DNA from: Octopus vulgaris
Taxonomy: Eukaryota
Assembly (NCBI GenBank): GCA_951406725.2
Contig: OX597816.1
Location: 119,412,001-119,476,000 of the forward strand
Reading direction: 5' to 3'
Length of the DNA: 64,000 nt
Of the stretch, positions 26,846 to 37,022 are shown in pieces. The notes under the pieces are model-generated. The model had not been told where the DNA came from, searched no databases, and saw only the letters and a list, made by a program, of their open reading frames with translations. A program made the position numbers and the translations under genes. Numbering within the stretch: position 1 is the first letter of the stretch; every line of letters starts with the position of its first letter.

Positions 26846-28190
26846 TATATATATATATATTATACACACACTTACACACACACACACACACACACGTGTG
26901 TGTGTGTGTATAAACACTTTTTAATAGTAAAAAAGGATTCCAATGTATCGTAAAGTGTCAAGTCACACGAGAATTTGTAAACTTCAAATTTTTTTCTCTT
27001 TCAATGTAAAATCAACATCATGAGTGTTCTAATTACCGAAATTTAACCACCAGCCATAAATTATAAGTCAAATAGACTTAAATTCCTTCCAAATACAGTA
27101 AAAATATTTTCATGTAGGATTTCTCTTACACTGAACTCCAGGCTCGATGTGGATGCTTAATTTTTATAACCATGTTATATATATATTTTTTATACCCTTT
27201 ACATATGTATATATGTACATATTTATTTTGCTATGTGTGCTTTAATTTTGTTTTAGGCAACGCATTTATTATTATTCACAAATAAATGCAGAACCTGTGT
27301 GCCATACTGTTTGCTCAAAGGAAGTAGGTACCGCCAATAAAGGAGCTTCTACGTGATTCTTCAGCCTGGTAGATATAGCAGCCGAATGTCTCTCAAATGA
27401 TTTGCTATTATCATAAAAAAGAGGAATCATAGACGGCGTGGTCAGAATTGAAATACTTTTCGTCATTGCTCTACTTAAATAGGACCTACATGGGCTAGAA
27501 AATAAATCAACATAAAATGTATTGAATTTAGATTTTGGCTCACTGATGACTCAGAAACAATTGTAAAAGATTTCAATGAAAGTTTTCTAACTGAGAGACT
27601 CTATATCAAATCCTCTTGGTTATTTAGCCCGTTGATATTCTCAGAATTAATTATTTCCTATTTAGAAGAATTCACTACTACCGCATGAAAATAATTTCAA
27701 ACTTTATCCTCTTGAATTTTATTTACTCATCAAGAGTTTTAATACGGTTTCTGATTTAGGCACAGGGCAATTTTTGGTTGGGTAAATCGATTACATTGAT
27801 CCTAATATTTAGCTGATATTTTACCTGGTTTGAAAAGGGTGAACATCATAACCTCTACGAGATTGGAACTCGGAACTTAAAGAACTGAAACAAACGCTAC
27901 AAAATATTTCGAGGCCTTGATACCGACATTATGGAAGAGTTACTATATATCTGTATTTGTGTGAAAAGGTTAGTTGTTTAGACCCAAGTCATCCCTAATC
28001 GGGCAGACATTTCAACAAAGTTGTCCGCTCGTAACAATTCAGTTTTTGTTCAATATAGTGTATCTATTGTCCACTTTCAGAGTATAATAATAGGGTTATT
28101 TGAGAGACTTGTCTCATTTTTCTAAGAGAGGAAGCAACCACATATCGGTTCCTTCGTTGGTTCGTGACTCCTGCGATTATTTGCATCTAC

Positions 28191-28489
28191 ATTATTTACA
28201 TTCGACGGATATTTGTCTCATCTTGCTTGTTGGCGTAGTGGTTAAGAGCGCGGGCTACTAACCCCAAGATTCCGAGTTCGATTCCAACCAGTGACCTGAA
28301 CAATAATAATAATAACATCGGAAAATACCTTATGAATGAGAACTCAGGTTCGAAATTTCCCCAAGACACCTGAAGAAGGCTGGAGGGTATATCAGCCGAA
28401 ACTTTGTGTTAACAACAAACAAGATGAGAATAAATATCAGTCGAATGTAAATAATGTACATAATTCCTCATCTCTTATATATAGAACTG
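28191..28489 (+). mobile_element. tRNA-headed, HHR-containing short retroelement with inverted terminal duplication and 13-bp TSD
   Basis: TSD tatttgcatctac at 28178-28190 and 28490-28502. 28188-28232 is an inverted copy of 28413-28458. A-box TGGCGTAGTGGTTAAG (28231) and B-box GAGTTCGATTCC (28274). HHR at 28365-28410. Confidence 0.85.
28365..28410 (+). ncRNA. Type-I hammerhead ribozyme
   Basis: Stem I GACAC/GUGUU; core CUGAAGA plus extra A; stem II GGCUG-gagggUauau-CAGCC; GAAA-CU-UU. Sister motifs have GAAA-CG-UU, so loop III may be mutated here. Confidence 0.75.
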
Positions 28490-29333
28490 TATTTGCATCT
28501 ACTTCTGATGTCCTCACTGTTTTATTTATACAGTATTATTTTTGTTGTCGCTGTTGTACAGCTGCTGCTTTTCTCTTTAAAACGAGTAGCAATTAGCAAA
28601 TCTAAGGTTAAAAATTTAACGGTCGACAGTTCTCAATATTTTGCCTGTTCCAAACAAAACGGTCTTTTGGAATTGTTCCAAACTTGTTTCCATTTCTAGC
28701 TCTCTCAACTCTTTGATATTTTTACTAAGCATTCCTTGTTTTAACAATCATCGCTGGAATAGTTTATTTTTCTTTATTTTTAATTTTATTTTTATTTATT
28801 TACTTTTTTTGCAATAATCAAATTATTCTTATCTTGACCTTTGGTGTTATTTGTTTTCTTCTTATTTCTATTTCAACTCCGTTGTATTGAAGTCAGTTAT
28901 ATCTATGATTATTCATTTTGAGTAGCCTCTCAATCTGCAAGAATCAACAGCCAAATAATCCTCAAATTACACCTTATCGTTTTGAAAAATTACATCGAAT
29001 CCTCTATTCGTTTCAGTCATTGAACTCCGGGGGTATGCTGGGGCACTATTTTGAAGGGTTTAATCGAACAAATTAACTCCAGCACTTACTTTTTAAGCCC
29101 TGTACTTATTCTGTCGGACTCTTTCGCCGAACGAGTGACTTGCGTGAATGTAAACGTCCGGTAGCGGTATAACAGCCGAATATCATATGAGCGCTTTTAT
29201 GCACCATGCGTCTATATGAGAGGTCCTCTCAAGGTAAATAACGTGGCATCCGGTATTCTAACACAACTAGATATGAAGATTGTCTTTTGGTATTAATACT
29301 GTTTCTATCGCATTTTATTAAATGTGTGTGTGC

Positions 29334-29382
<49 letters not shown>

Positions 29383-29511
29383 TAAAAAGAATTCCAACCT
29401 TGTCTGATTTTCACGTTTTATTTACAATCTTATAATGATATATTATAAGATAATATATTATAATTGAATAAAATAAAATGAAAAAGTAGAATGTTAAATA
29501 TTCATTCTGAT

Positions 29512-29556
29512 TGAACTAGTACTTTCATGCATTGAATTCTGCAATCTTCGGGTTCA
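29512..29556 (-). ncRNA. Minimal type-I hammerhead ribozyme in the PLE 3' region (U4C substitution)
   Basis: Minus strand reads UGAAC-CCGAAGA-U-UGCA-gaauucaa-UGCA-U-GAAA-GUAC-UA-GUUCA: 5-bp stem I, 4-bp stem II and palindromic loop III. Confidence 0.78.
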
Positions 29557-30050
29557 TGTAGTAGTGTTGACAGTCATGCTTCACAATTTTTGACTGTAGC
29601 AAGATGAGTGATTCTGTGCTATAAATACAGCTGGGTAGGCTCCAGAGTGCTAGGTTTTGCAAACTGTATTCTGACCAATCAGTGTGTAGTATCACTCAAT
29701 TACTTAAGCTGATTGGTTGGTTGAGCTGATTGGTTTAGGCATCATGCTTTGTTGGACAGGTCAAGAGTCCTGTATCTTGACCCTGGCCGAAGCAGCAATT
29801 GTTGGGTTATTTTTAGAAATGTTGTAAATATCCTTTGTCAGAGATTTTTATATTTTTATATTTCAATTGTCATCATCATCATTGTCAGCACCTTAATTAT
29901 TGTTGCTAGTGGTGATGGTGGTGGCAATAGAACTTTTAACCCTAAATAAGATAATTTTCCTGCTATCTTCGTCTTGATCACCTTTAGTATTGTTGTTGTT
30001 GTTAGTGGTCATGGTCGTAGCAGTGGAAGTAATACCTCTAAGTATTATTA

Positions 30051-31784
30051 TTATTGCTTATTTAGCTTGGGTTCGAATTTATCAATAAAATTCTTTTCTC
30101 TGATTTTCCTCTCGATTTCACTTGGGCTGTGTAATTTGTAGAATGGAAATATTATATATATTTTCCGACCACATGTTGCTAGGTGGTTACTCAAAGGTAT
30201 CTGACGGACCTCTGGGTCTCTAATCTGTTGCCGGTGTACACGTGAGCGTTCTAATAGTGCGTTTCCCGTCTGACCTACATATATTTCTTCACAATTTGGG
30301 CATTTGATGCAGTAAATTAAATTTCTGCTTTTGCAGTTCATATTCGCGTTTGTGAATATTTTCCCGGTTTTTGTGTTTATATATTGACCGGTATGTATGA
30401 ATTGGCATGTGCCACATCGGCTATCATTGCATTTAGATACCGTGAATGTTTGGTCTTTGTTGCTGAGGTCAAATTTTGCCTTTGTTAGTAATGTTTTCAA
30501 GTTTTTAGGCTGTCTTTTACTAAGCACCATAGCTCGATCCTTGATTATGTCTTTTAATTCATTACTTTGGGCAATGATTGGAAGGTTTGCTTTGGCAATG
30601 TTGAAGATATTCTGGTGACATGGGTTGTGTGTCACTATGAATGGTATGACTTGTTCTTGTTTTCCTCTTCCTTGGGTCGTCCTAAGTTGTTGTATAGGTA
30701 TTTTTATAGCCCGCTGTATGCCATTTTCTATAAGTAGAGATGGGTATTTTTGTTTGAGCAAAAATTCTCTTAGTTCTATTAGGCGTTTGTTCCTGATATT
30801 TGCATCTTCTACAATAGTACAAATTCTTCTGGCTAGGCAGTATGGGATGTTACGTTTTGTATGTGGTGGATGGCACGACTTAAAATTTAGGTATTGATGT
30901 GTGTCTGTGTGTTTATAGTATATATCTGTGGTGATGGTGGTGTCTTTTTTAATTACCATTATATCCAGGAATGGTAATTTGGTACTACTCATCTCCTTTG
31001 TAAATTTGAGAGATGGGTGTAGGTTGTTCAGGAGGATATTGAACTCTTCCAGAGTATTTAGAGATTCTGTCCAGATTATGAAACAGTCGTCTAGGTATCT
31101 CTTCCATGCCTTTTCAATATACTTTCTAAATCCAGTGCCATAGTTTACCTCCACCTCTTGGTAGAGTTGTTCTTCTAAGTATCCCATTACAGAGTTGGCG
31201 TAAACGGGAGCAAACCTCGTTCCCATCGCCGTGCCTCTAATTTGGATGTAATTCTTTCCATTGAAGAAGAATGTGTTATTTTCTAGAATAAGTTTGACTG
31301 TGTCTAATATAAATGGCACTGTGAATCTGCTGGGAATCACTTCTCTATGTTTTTCTAACCAGTATTTAATCGCCTTTATTCCTAAATCGTGTGGAATATT
31401 GGTGTAGAGGCTTACCACATCAAAACTTAGCAAAACTGAATTTGTTTCTGTTGTTTTGGGAAGATGGGACAGGAAGTCGATGTCATCCCTGATGAAACTT
31501 GGTATGTAAGTACATAGTGGTTTCAAAACAATGTCAATAAAATTGCTTAGACGGTGTGTAGGGCATGCTGGACCAGCTATAATAGGTCTAAGTTTTAGGT
31601 CTTTTGGATGTAATAATTTTATGTACTCACTTTCTTGTTCTTTTACTGCCTGTTGAATGTTTTTTGATTTGTGTATTTTTGGTAAGCCGTAGAAGTTGCT
31701 GGGTTTTGGTTCAAAATTGGTGATGTAGTCTTTTTCATTATCCGTAAGTGAGTTGTGGTGTGTTGAAATCAGGTTGTTGATCTT

Positions 31785-31790
<6 letters not shown>
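30051..31790 (-). CDS. PLE reverse transcriptase + GIY-YIG endonuclease (579 aa, N-truncated; Neptune-like)
   Basis: RT motifs FYGLPKIHK, LRPIIA, FDVVSLYTNIP, QIRGTAMGTRFAPVYAN, RYLDD, LPFLDI. Linker KCNDSRCGTC..C. Endonuclease NLIYCIKCPNCEEIYVGQTG..R..H. The ATG lies at the TA-tract junction. Confidence 0.95.
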
Positions 31791-31825
<35 letters not shown>

Positions 31826-32003
31826 TAATAATATCAGGGTAATAAAGATTTTAGAAATTTTTACTACCAGTGGCCTAGCGTGTGGAGAAATTAGTCAATA
31901 GACTATATATTATTCATATAAAATACAGTGTATTTTGGACTTTAGCTGTTCTTTCTAGCGTAAGGGATTCAAATGATGGAAATTTCTTAATGTGTTTAAA
32001 TGT

Positions 32004-32046
<43 letters not shown>

Positions 32047-32049
32047 AAT

Positions 32050-32279
32050 TAATAAATAAAACATATGCATATATACACACATATATGTACGTACCTACCT
32101 CTACATGTATATATACACGCATATATGGGTACAGGACACCAAAAAAACGTCGAACACAAAGAGAAACGAAAACATAAACACAAAACCAAGGAACTGGACA
32201 TTTTTCTTAAACAACAAAAAAATAGAGTACAAGACAAATAACACAAGGTTTCATCTACTCTGCGTTTCGAAGGTGAAGG

Positions 32280-32282
<3 letters not shown>
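32050..32282 (-). mobile_element. PLE-end-like repeat fragment between TA tracts
   Basis: Homologous to 1680-1805 and to the ends of the 34691-35402 fold-back. Confidence 0.55.
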
Positions 32283-32371
<89 letters not shown>

Positions 32372-32656
32372 ATTAGCGTAGGGTAATACAGTTAGTTACT
32401 AAAATAAATAATTCTGGTTCACCATTATGATGAGTTGAAATACAATTGCACAAGAATACAAACGTGTGTGACGCTTCTATTTATCACACTCGTACAGATA
32501 TGAAAATTAAGGCAGGCCGATTTAATTGTCTCCAACTTCGTATATACTGTAAATAGCTATATACTACTCTTCTCTCTATAAGATAGAAAATATAACCGAC
32601 CACTGATGAAATTGTAAAGGAAAAAAGAAAAGAAAAAAGTTAAATATTAAGTGCAG

Positions 32657-33025
32657 ACATGGCTGTGTGGTTAAGACGCTCGTTTTGTGACCACGTGGTC
32701 TCTGGTTCAATCCCACTTCCTGGAACCGTGCCTTTTACTATAGTTCTGGAACCAACAAATGCCTTGTGAGCGAATTTGGTAGACGAAAACTGGAAGGAGC
32801 CTGTCATGTATATATATATATATATATACATCGTTTGAGAGTGTAGTTTGTGTTTATCTTTGTAACCTTATTAGTGATGATTTCTTTACATCTCTGTAAT
32901 GTAGTGGTTTGACAAAAGATACCGGTAGAATATCTACCAGACTTTAAAAAAAAATAAGTACTGGTGCCAATTTGTTCTATTGTGCTCCAGCATGGCAGCA
33001 GACCTATGAAAAACAAATAAAAGAG
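32657..33025 (+). mobile_element. tRNA-derived SINE (family A)
   Basis: catggctgtgtggttaag...ggttcaatccc...gccttgtgagcgaatttggtagacg.aaactg...ctccagcatggc.gcag. Confidence 0.75.
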
Positions 33026-33588
33026 AAAAATATAAAACACGGAAAATAGGTCAATCATTTTTCTGATTACAGATAGAACAAATGCGATTTAGCCACCTGT
33101 GATTCATCTAAATTTACAGCCGTTTGTTTCTATTTACCAACAGGACAGACCGGATCCATCAGAAGTATAATACCTTCTTTTGTTTTTAGAACGTAAATGT
33201 CTTGGATGACATTCTGGTTTTTAAATATTAGGGTGGGATTTAAGTAACATTTAAATGGGTTTTTTTTTTCTATAAAGCCTAGTGAGCACCTTGAAGGTTC
33301 TTCATTGACAAAGAAAACTTAAATGGTTGCCACATATTAATGGTAATTTGTTCTGGGAATTCCTAAAGGTGTTTCAGCTACAGATAAAATATGTTCTGAA
33401 ATGATTCGTTTGTTGTTACCGCAAGCGAATCCCCAAAGCAGCAGAAGCAATAAGATGTATATAAAGGAATTATGAGAATGAGGAAACAAAATATATCTCA
33501 GTCTGAGACCGAATCGAATAAAAAAAACGTATGAACTCCTTTAGATTCTACGGGGAGCAAGCATCAAAATCAAATGTTAAAGCAAAGT

Positions 33589-34100
33589 ATTAGGTTATTC
33601 CATAAATAATGCGGTTTTTTTATACTTCTCTAATTTTTTTAAAATTAAGATAAACAAAGTTCTTTTTGAATCTAAAATATACTCTCCTTCATTTTCTACA
33701 ATGCTCTTCCATCTATCTGGTAGACGTGCAAGGCCCCTCTTCCAAATTTCATTTGTCTGTGACGAAAAATACTCCTTCAGTACTGTTCTGAACTCGTCTA
33801 CAGAATTCGTATTTTTTCCGTCACAAATAATTTTGAAGACTGCAGAATAAATGATAGTCAGATGGGGTAATGTCCGGCGAATATGGTGGGTGGGACATCG
33901 TATCCCATTCAAACTGTTCCAGCCTTTAGAATGTCATCCTCGCTGCAAGTGGCTGAGCATTATCCTGATGGAAGAACGCCTTTCGTCTTGAAACCAAGGA
34001 TGGCACGCAGGTGTCGATGAATGGTTGAATGACTAAATCCAAGCTTCTCTGCTTGTTCTTCAACAGTTACGATGGGATTTTGTTCCACCAGGACAAATTC
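33589..34100 (-). pseudogene. Mariner transposase remnant (3' end with TIR)
   Basis: Frameshifted FHQDNA.P and HPPYSPDI.PSDYHL motifs, plus C-terminal KRGLARLPDRWKSIVENEGEY typical of mariner DD34D transposases. TA-preceded end ttaggttattccataa.taatgcgg. Confidence 0.85.
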
Positions 34101-34690
34101 GTTGCAGTTTCTGTGGATGATAATAATCCGCTAGAGGAAAACGCTGAGCAGATATGAGCGTTTTTACACCTTTTATTATAAGCGAGATTTTTTTCTCTAT
34201 CCACGATAACTGCAATGAATTTATTTTTAGAAGTTAAAATATGTCACAAACGTATTTTAACTAACCTAAAGTTCGTTTATTCCTCATCGGTAGGTAACGC
34301 TAATACTACTTTATGTGTGTGAGTATGTGGTATACTAGAATTTAAAACTTGATCGAGACGAAAATCAATTATTGCTAAGAATTTATACGAAATTTGATTT
34401 TCATGAAGGCACCCCAGCAATGACGACCATCCTAATATTCTGTTCCACGCGTTTATATGTAATTTAAGAAGAGGTATATTTTAATGCATCCATACTCAAC
34501 TTTTTTCTTCATGTCAGGGTGGGTATTAGAAATTTCCTGACTCAGTATGAAAATTAGCCCACCCTCGACTGAGCTAACATAAAGACTAATTTTTCTGTCA
34601 CACAGCGCCTAAAGTCTAATACTCGACAATATATCTGTGAGAAATTGGGACACAGCAAATCAAATAGTCATCATTTTATATATGTATATA

Positions 34691-34963
34691 TATATACGCA
34701 TATATGGGTACAGGACGTCACCAACGGTGCAAATAACATACATATAAGAGATATATGCAAGACGTGGACAGTAATTACAGGACAAATTAACAGAGAAAAA
34801 GGACCCTTCAATATTTCGACCATTCAACCGATAATGAGTCTTCAAAAACAGTAGCTCCCATAAATTCTAAAATAAAATTTAGGATTTATGGAGGGTCAAA
34901 TTTGGAAACAAAAAATGGGACCATCTCTTTTCCTGCTCGGACGTCTAAACGACTTGACGTTTA

Positions 34964-34996
<33 letters not shown>

Positions 34997-35402
34997 GTCT
35001 TTTCAAAAAATGTCTCTCCCGACGTTCACTATTCTCCTTTCGTTCCGGTCTAACGACCGTCTGTGTCTGTTTTCGTTCGGTTTCCTTGTATGTCTCCACT
35101 GTTATTTTTTGTTCCCAAATTTGACCCTCCATAAATCCTAAATTTTATTTTAGAATTTATGGGAGCTACTGACTTTGAAGACTCGTATTGTCGTTAAATG
35201 GTCGAAATGAGGAGTAGATAGGCAGCCGACAACTGATGAAGGGTTATTTTTCTGTGTTTACTTGTCCTGTTTTCCATTTCTTCTCGTTGATTCGTATTTC
35301 ACTCATCTTTGTCCTGAAATTACTGTCCACATCATGTGTCTATTTCCCGTGTGTATGTTATTTGCACCGTTGGTGACGTCCTGTACCCATGTATGCACGT
35401 AT
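34691..35402. repeat. Long imperfect inverted repeat (PLE-end-like fold-back) with ~190-bp CT-rich spacer
   Basis: 34691-34915 pairs with 35106-35402, including cagtagctcccataaattctaaaataaaatttaggatttatggagggtcaaatttgg. The right arm has two extra segments (~35209-35236, ~35260-35306). Confidence 0.85.
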
Positions 35403-35407
35403 GTATG

Positions 35408-35473
<66 letters not shown>

Positions 35474-36057
35474 TTTATTTATTTAATTGAACGCGACGCA
35501 TCCAATCCAATTAAGTATATATATATATATATATATTTCCTCTCACCCTCTTTAATTCTTTCTTTCTCTCTCTCTCTCTTGGTCATTTCTCGGCCCTCCT
35601 CAATCCCCACTCTCTCTTTCTCTCTCACCTTCTTGCAACCTGCTGCTGCTAAGCCATTCCACTGCTGACAGCCGCCTGTACAACACATGTCTCCTCTACC
35701 GAAAAGGTAACCGCTTCCCACGCTTGCTGATCAATTGTTTTGTCTCATTTTGTCTCAAAGTCGTAAGACGCCCCCGTATCATTCCTGTTTTTATTCGTTA
35801 CTGTTTCCAAGTTTATCTTCGTATCTTGTTTTCCTATTCGTCTCGGTTGTCACATTCTTTCCTTCTACCAAGCAAATCTAATGCCCATAGCTTAGCTTTT
35901 CCTTGGGGCTGGCCTTTTCGGAGCAAATCTCAGAATTAAACAGCCGAAATTTGCCATGATGAATCGGTTTCTGACTGAAGAATGAAGGCTCTGAATTACT
36001 GTCCGTTTTTCCGTGTTTGTCAATTCGTGAATTTCACGTTCTTTATATATAAGTTTT

Positions 36058-36134
<77 letters not shown>

Positions 36135-36136
<2 letters not shown>

Positions 36137-36698
36137 GATCTTTTCGGTTTGAACGGCAGTTCGTAACATAATTTCTAGGTAACTAAAAAATTTTAAACTT
36201 CGTATACTGGTAGAATGTGTTTATAAAACATCATTTTCTCTTGGTTTTATTGAGAAAATTCTATAGTTTGTAATATATTTCGTCTAAAATTTCTTGCTTT
36301 TCGGCAATTTTAACCAATCGCTGACCGTCCAATGAGGTGAAAGCATTCTGTGCCGTATCAATATGTCCCTCGTTTAACAAACAGATTGGGTTTATTTACA
36401 TTTGTGAGGGAAAAAAATACCCTTCCCCCACGCCTAACCTTAACCCTAACTAACCCTAACTCTAACCCTAAATCTAAAATAGATTAAAATGCAATAGATC
36501 GATACTAGGGCGATAATTATGGATGACAATTTCATACGACACCGCTAGAAAAAAATCCCATTTTCCCTATAGAATTTTCTCAATAAAGCCAAGAGAAAAT
36601 GATGTTTTATAAACACATTCTACCAGTATACGAAGTTTAAAATTTTTTAGTAACCTAGAAATTACGTTACAAACTGTCGTTCAAACCGAAAAGATCCT
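36135..36698. mobile_element. MITE / non-autonomous DNA transposon with 132-bp TIRs and internal (CCCTAA)-like repeats
   Basis: 36135-36266 is the reverse complement of 36567-36698 (aggatcttttcggtttgaacg...). Inserted in TA context. Contains cctaaccttaaccctaactaaccctaactctaaccctaaa at ~36433-36473. Confidence 0.85.
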
Positions 36699-36734
36699 AT
36701 ATGTGTGTGTGTGTGTGTGTGTGTTTGTTTGTGA

Positions 36735-37022
36735 AGGCGCGTGGCTTAGTGGTGAGGGCGTTCGGCTCACGATCGTAAGGTCGTGAGTTCAATTCCCGCC
36801 GACGCGTTATGTCCCTGAGCAAGATACTTTATTTCACGTTTCTCCAGACTACTCAGCTGGCAAAAATGAGTAGTACCTGTATTTCAAAGGGCCAACCTTG
36901 TTACATTCTGTGTCTCGATAAATCTCCCTGAGAACTACATTAATGATACACGTGTCTGTGGAATGCTCATTTGCACGTTAATTTCAGCTGGGACCCTCGT
37001 CGTCGTAACCGACGGAGTGCGC
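36735..37022 (+). mobile_element. tRNA-derived SINE (family B)
   Basis: A-box GTGGCTTAGTGG, B-box GAGTTCAATTCC, then gtccctgagcaagatacttt. The tail is shared with 47075-47240. Confidence 0.82.

Larger units (their letters stand above)
29380..31790 (-). mobile_element. Penelope-like retroelement, 5'-truncated, with ~670-bp 3' region; bounded by (TA)n at both ends
   Basis: RT + GIY-YIG ORF and a 3' HHR; TA tracts at ~29343-29378 and 31789-31822. Confidence 0.88.

Noticed and set aside
27540-27570. CUGAUGA-cuca-GAAA hammerhead-like string
   Set aside because: No stem II and no convincing stem I; likely chance.
28231-28295. tRNA gene
   Set aside because: A and B boxes are present but there is no acceptor stem closure, and it is embedded in a TSD-flanked element. 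The same applies to the other SINE heads.
35233-35260. CUGAUGAAGGG motif
   Set aside because: No downstream complementary stem or GAAA.
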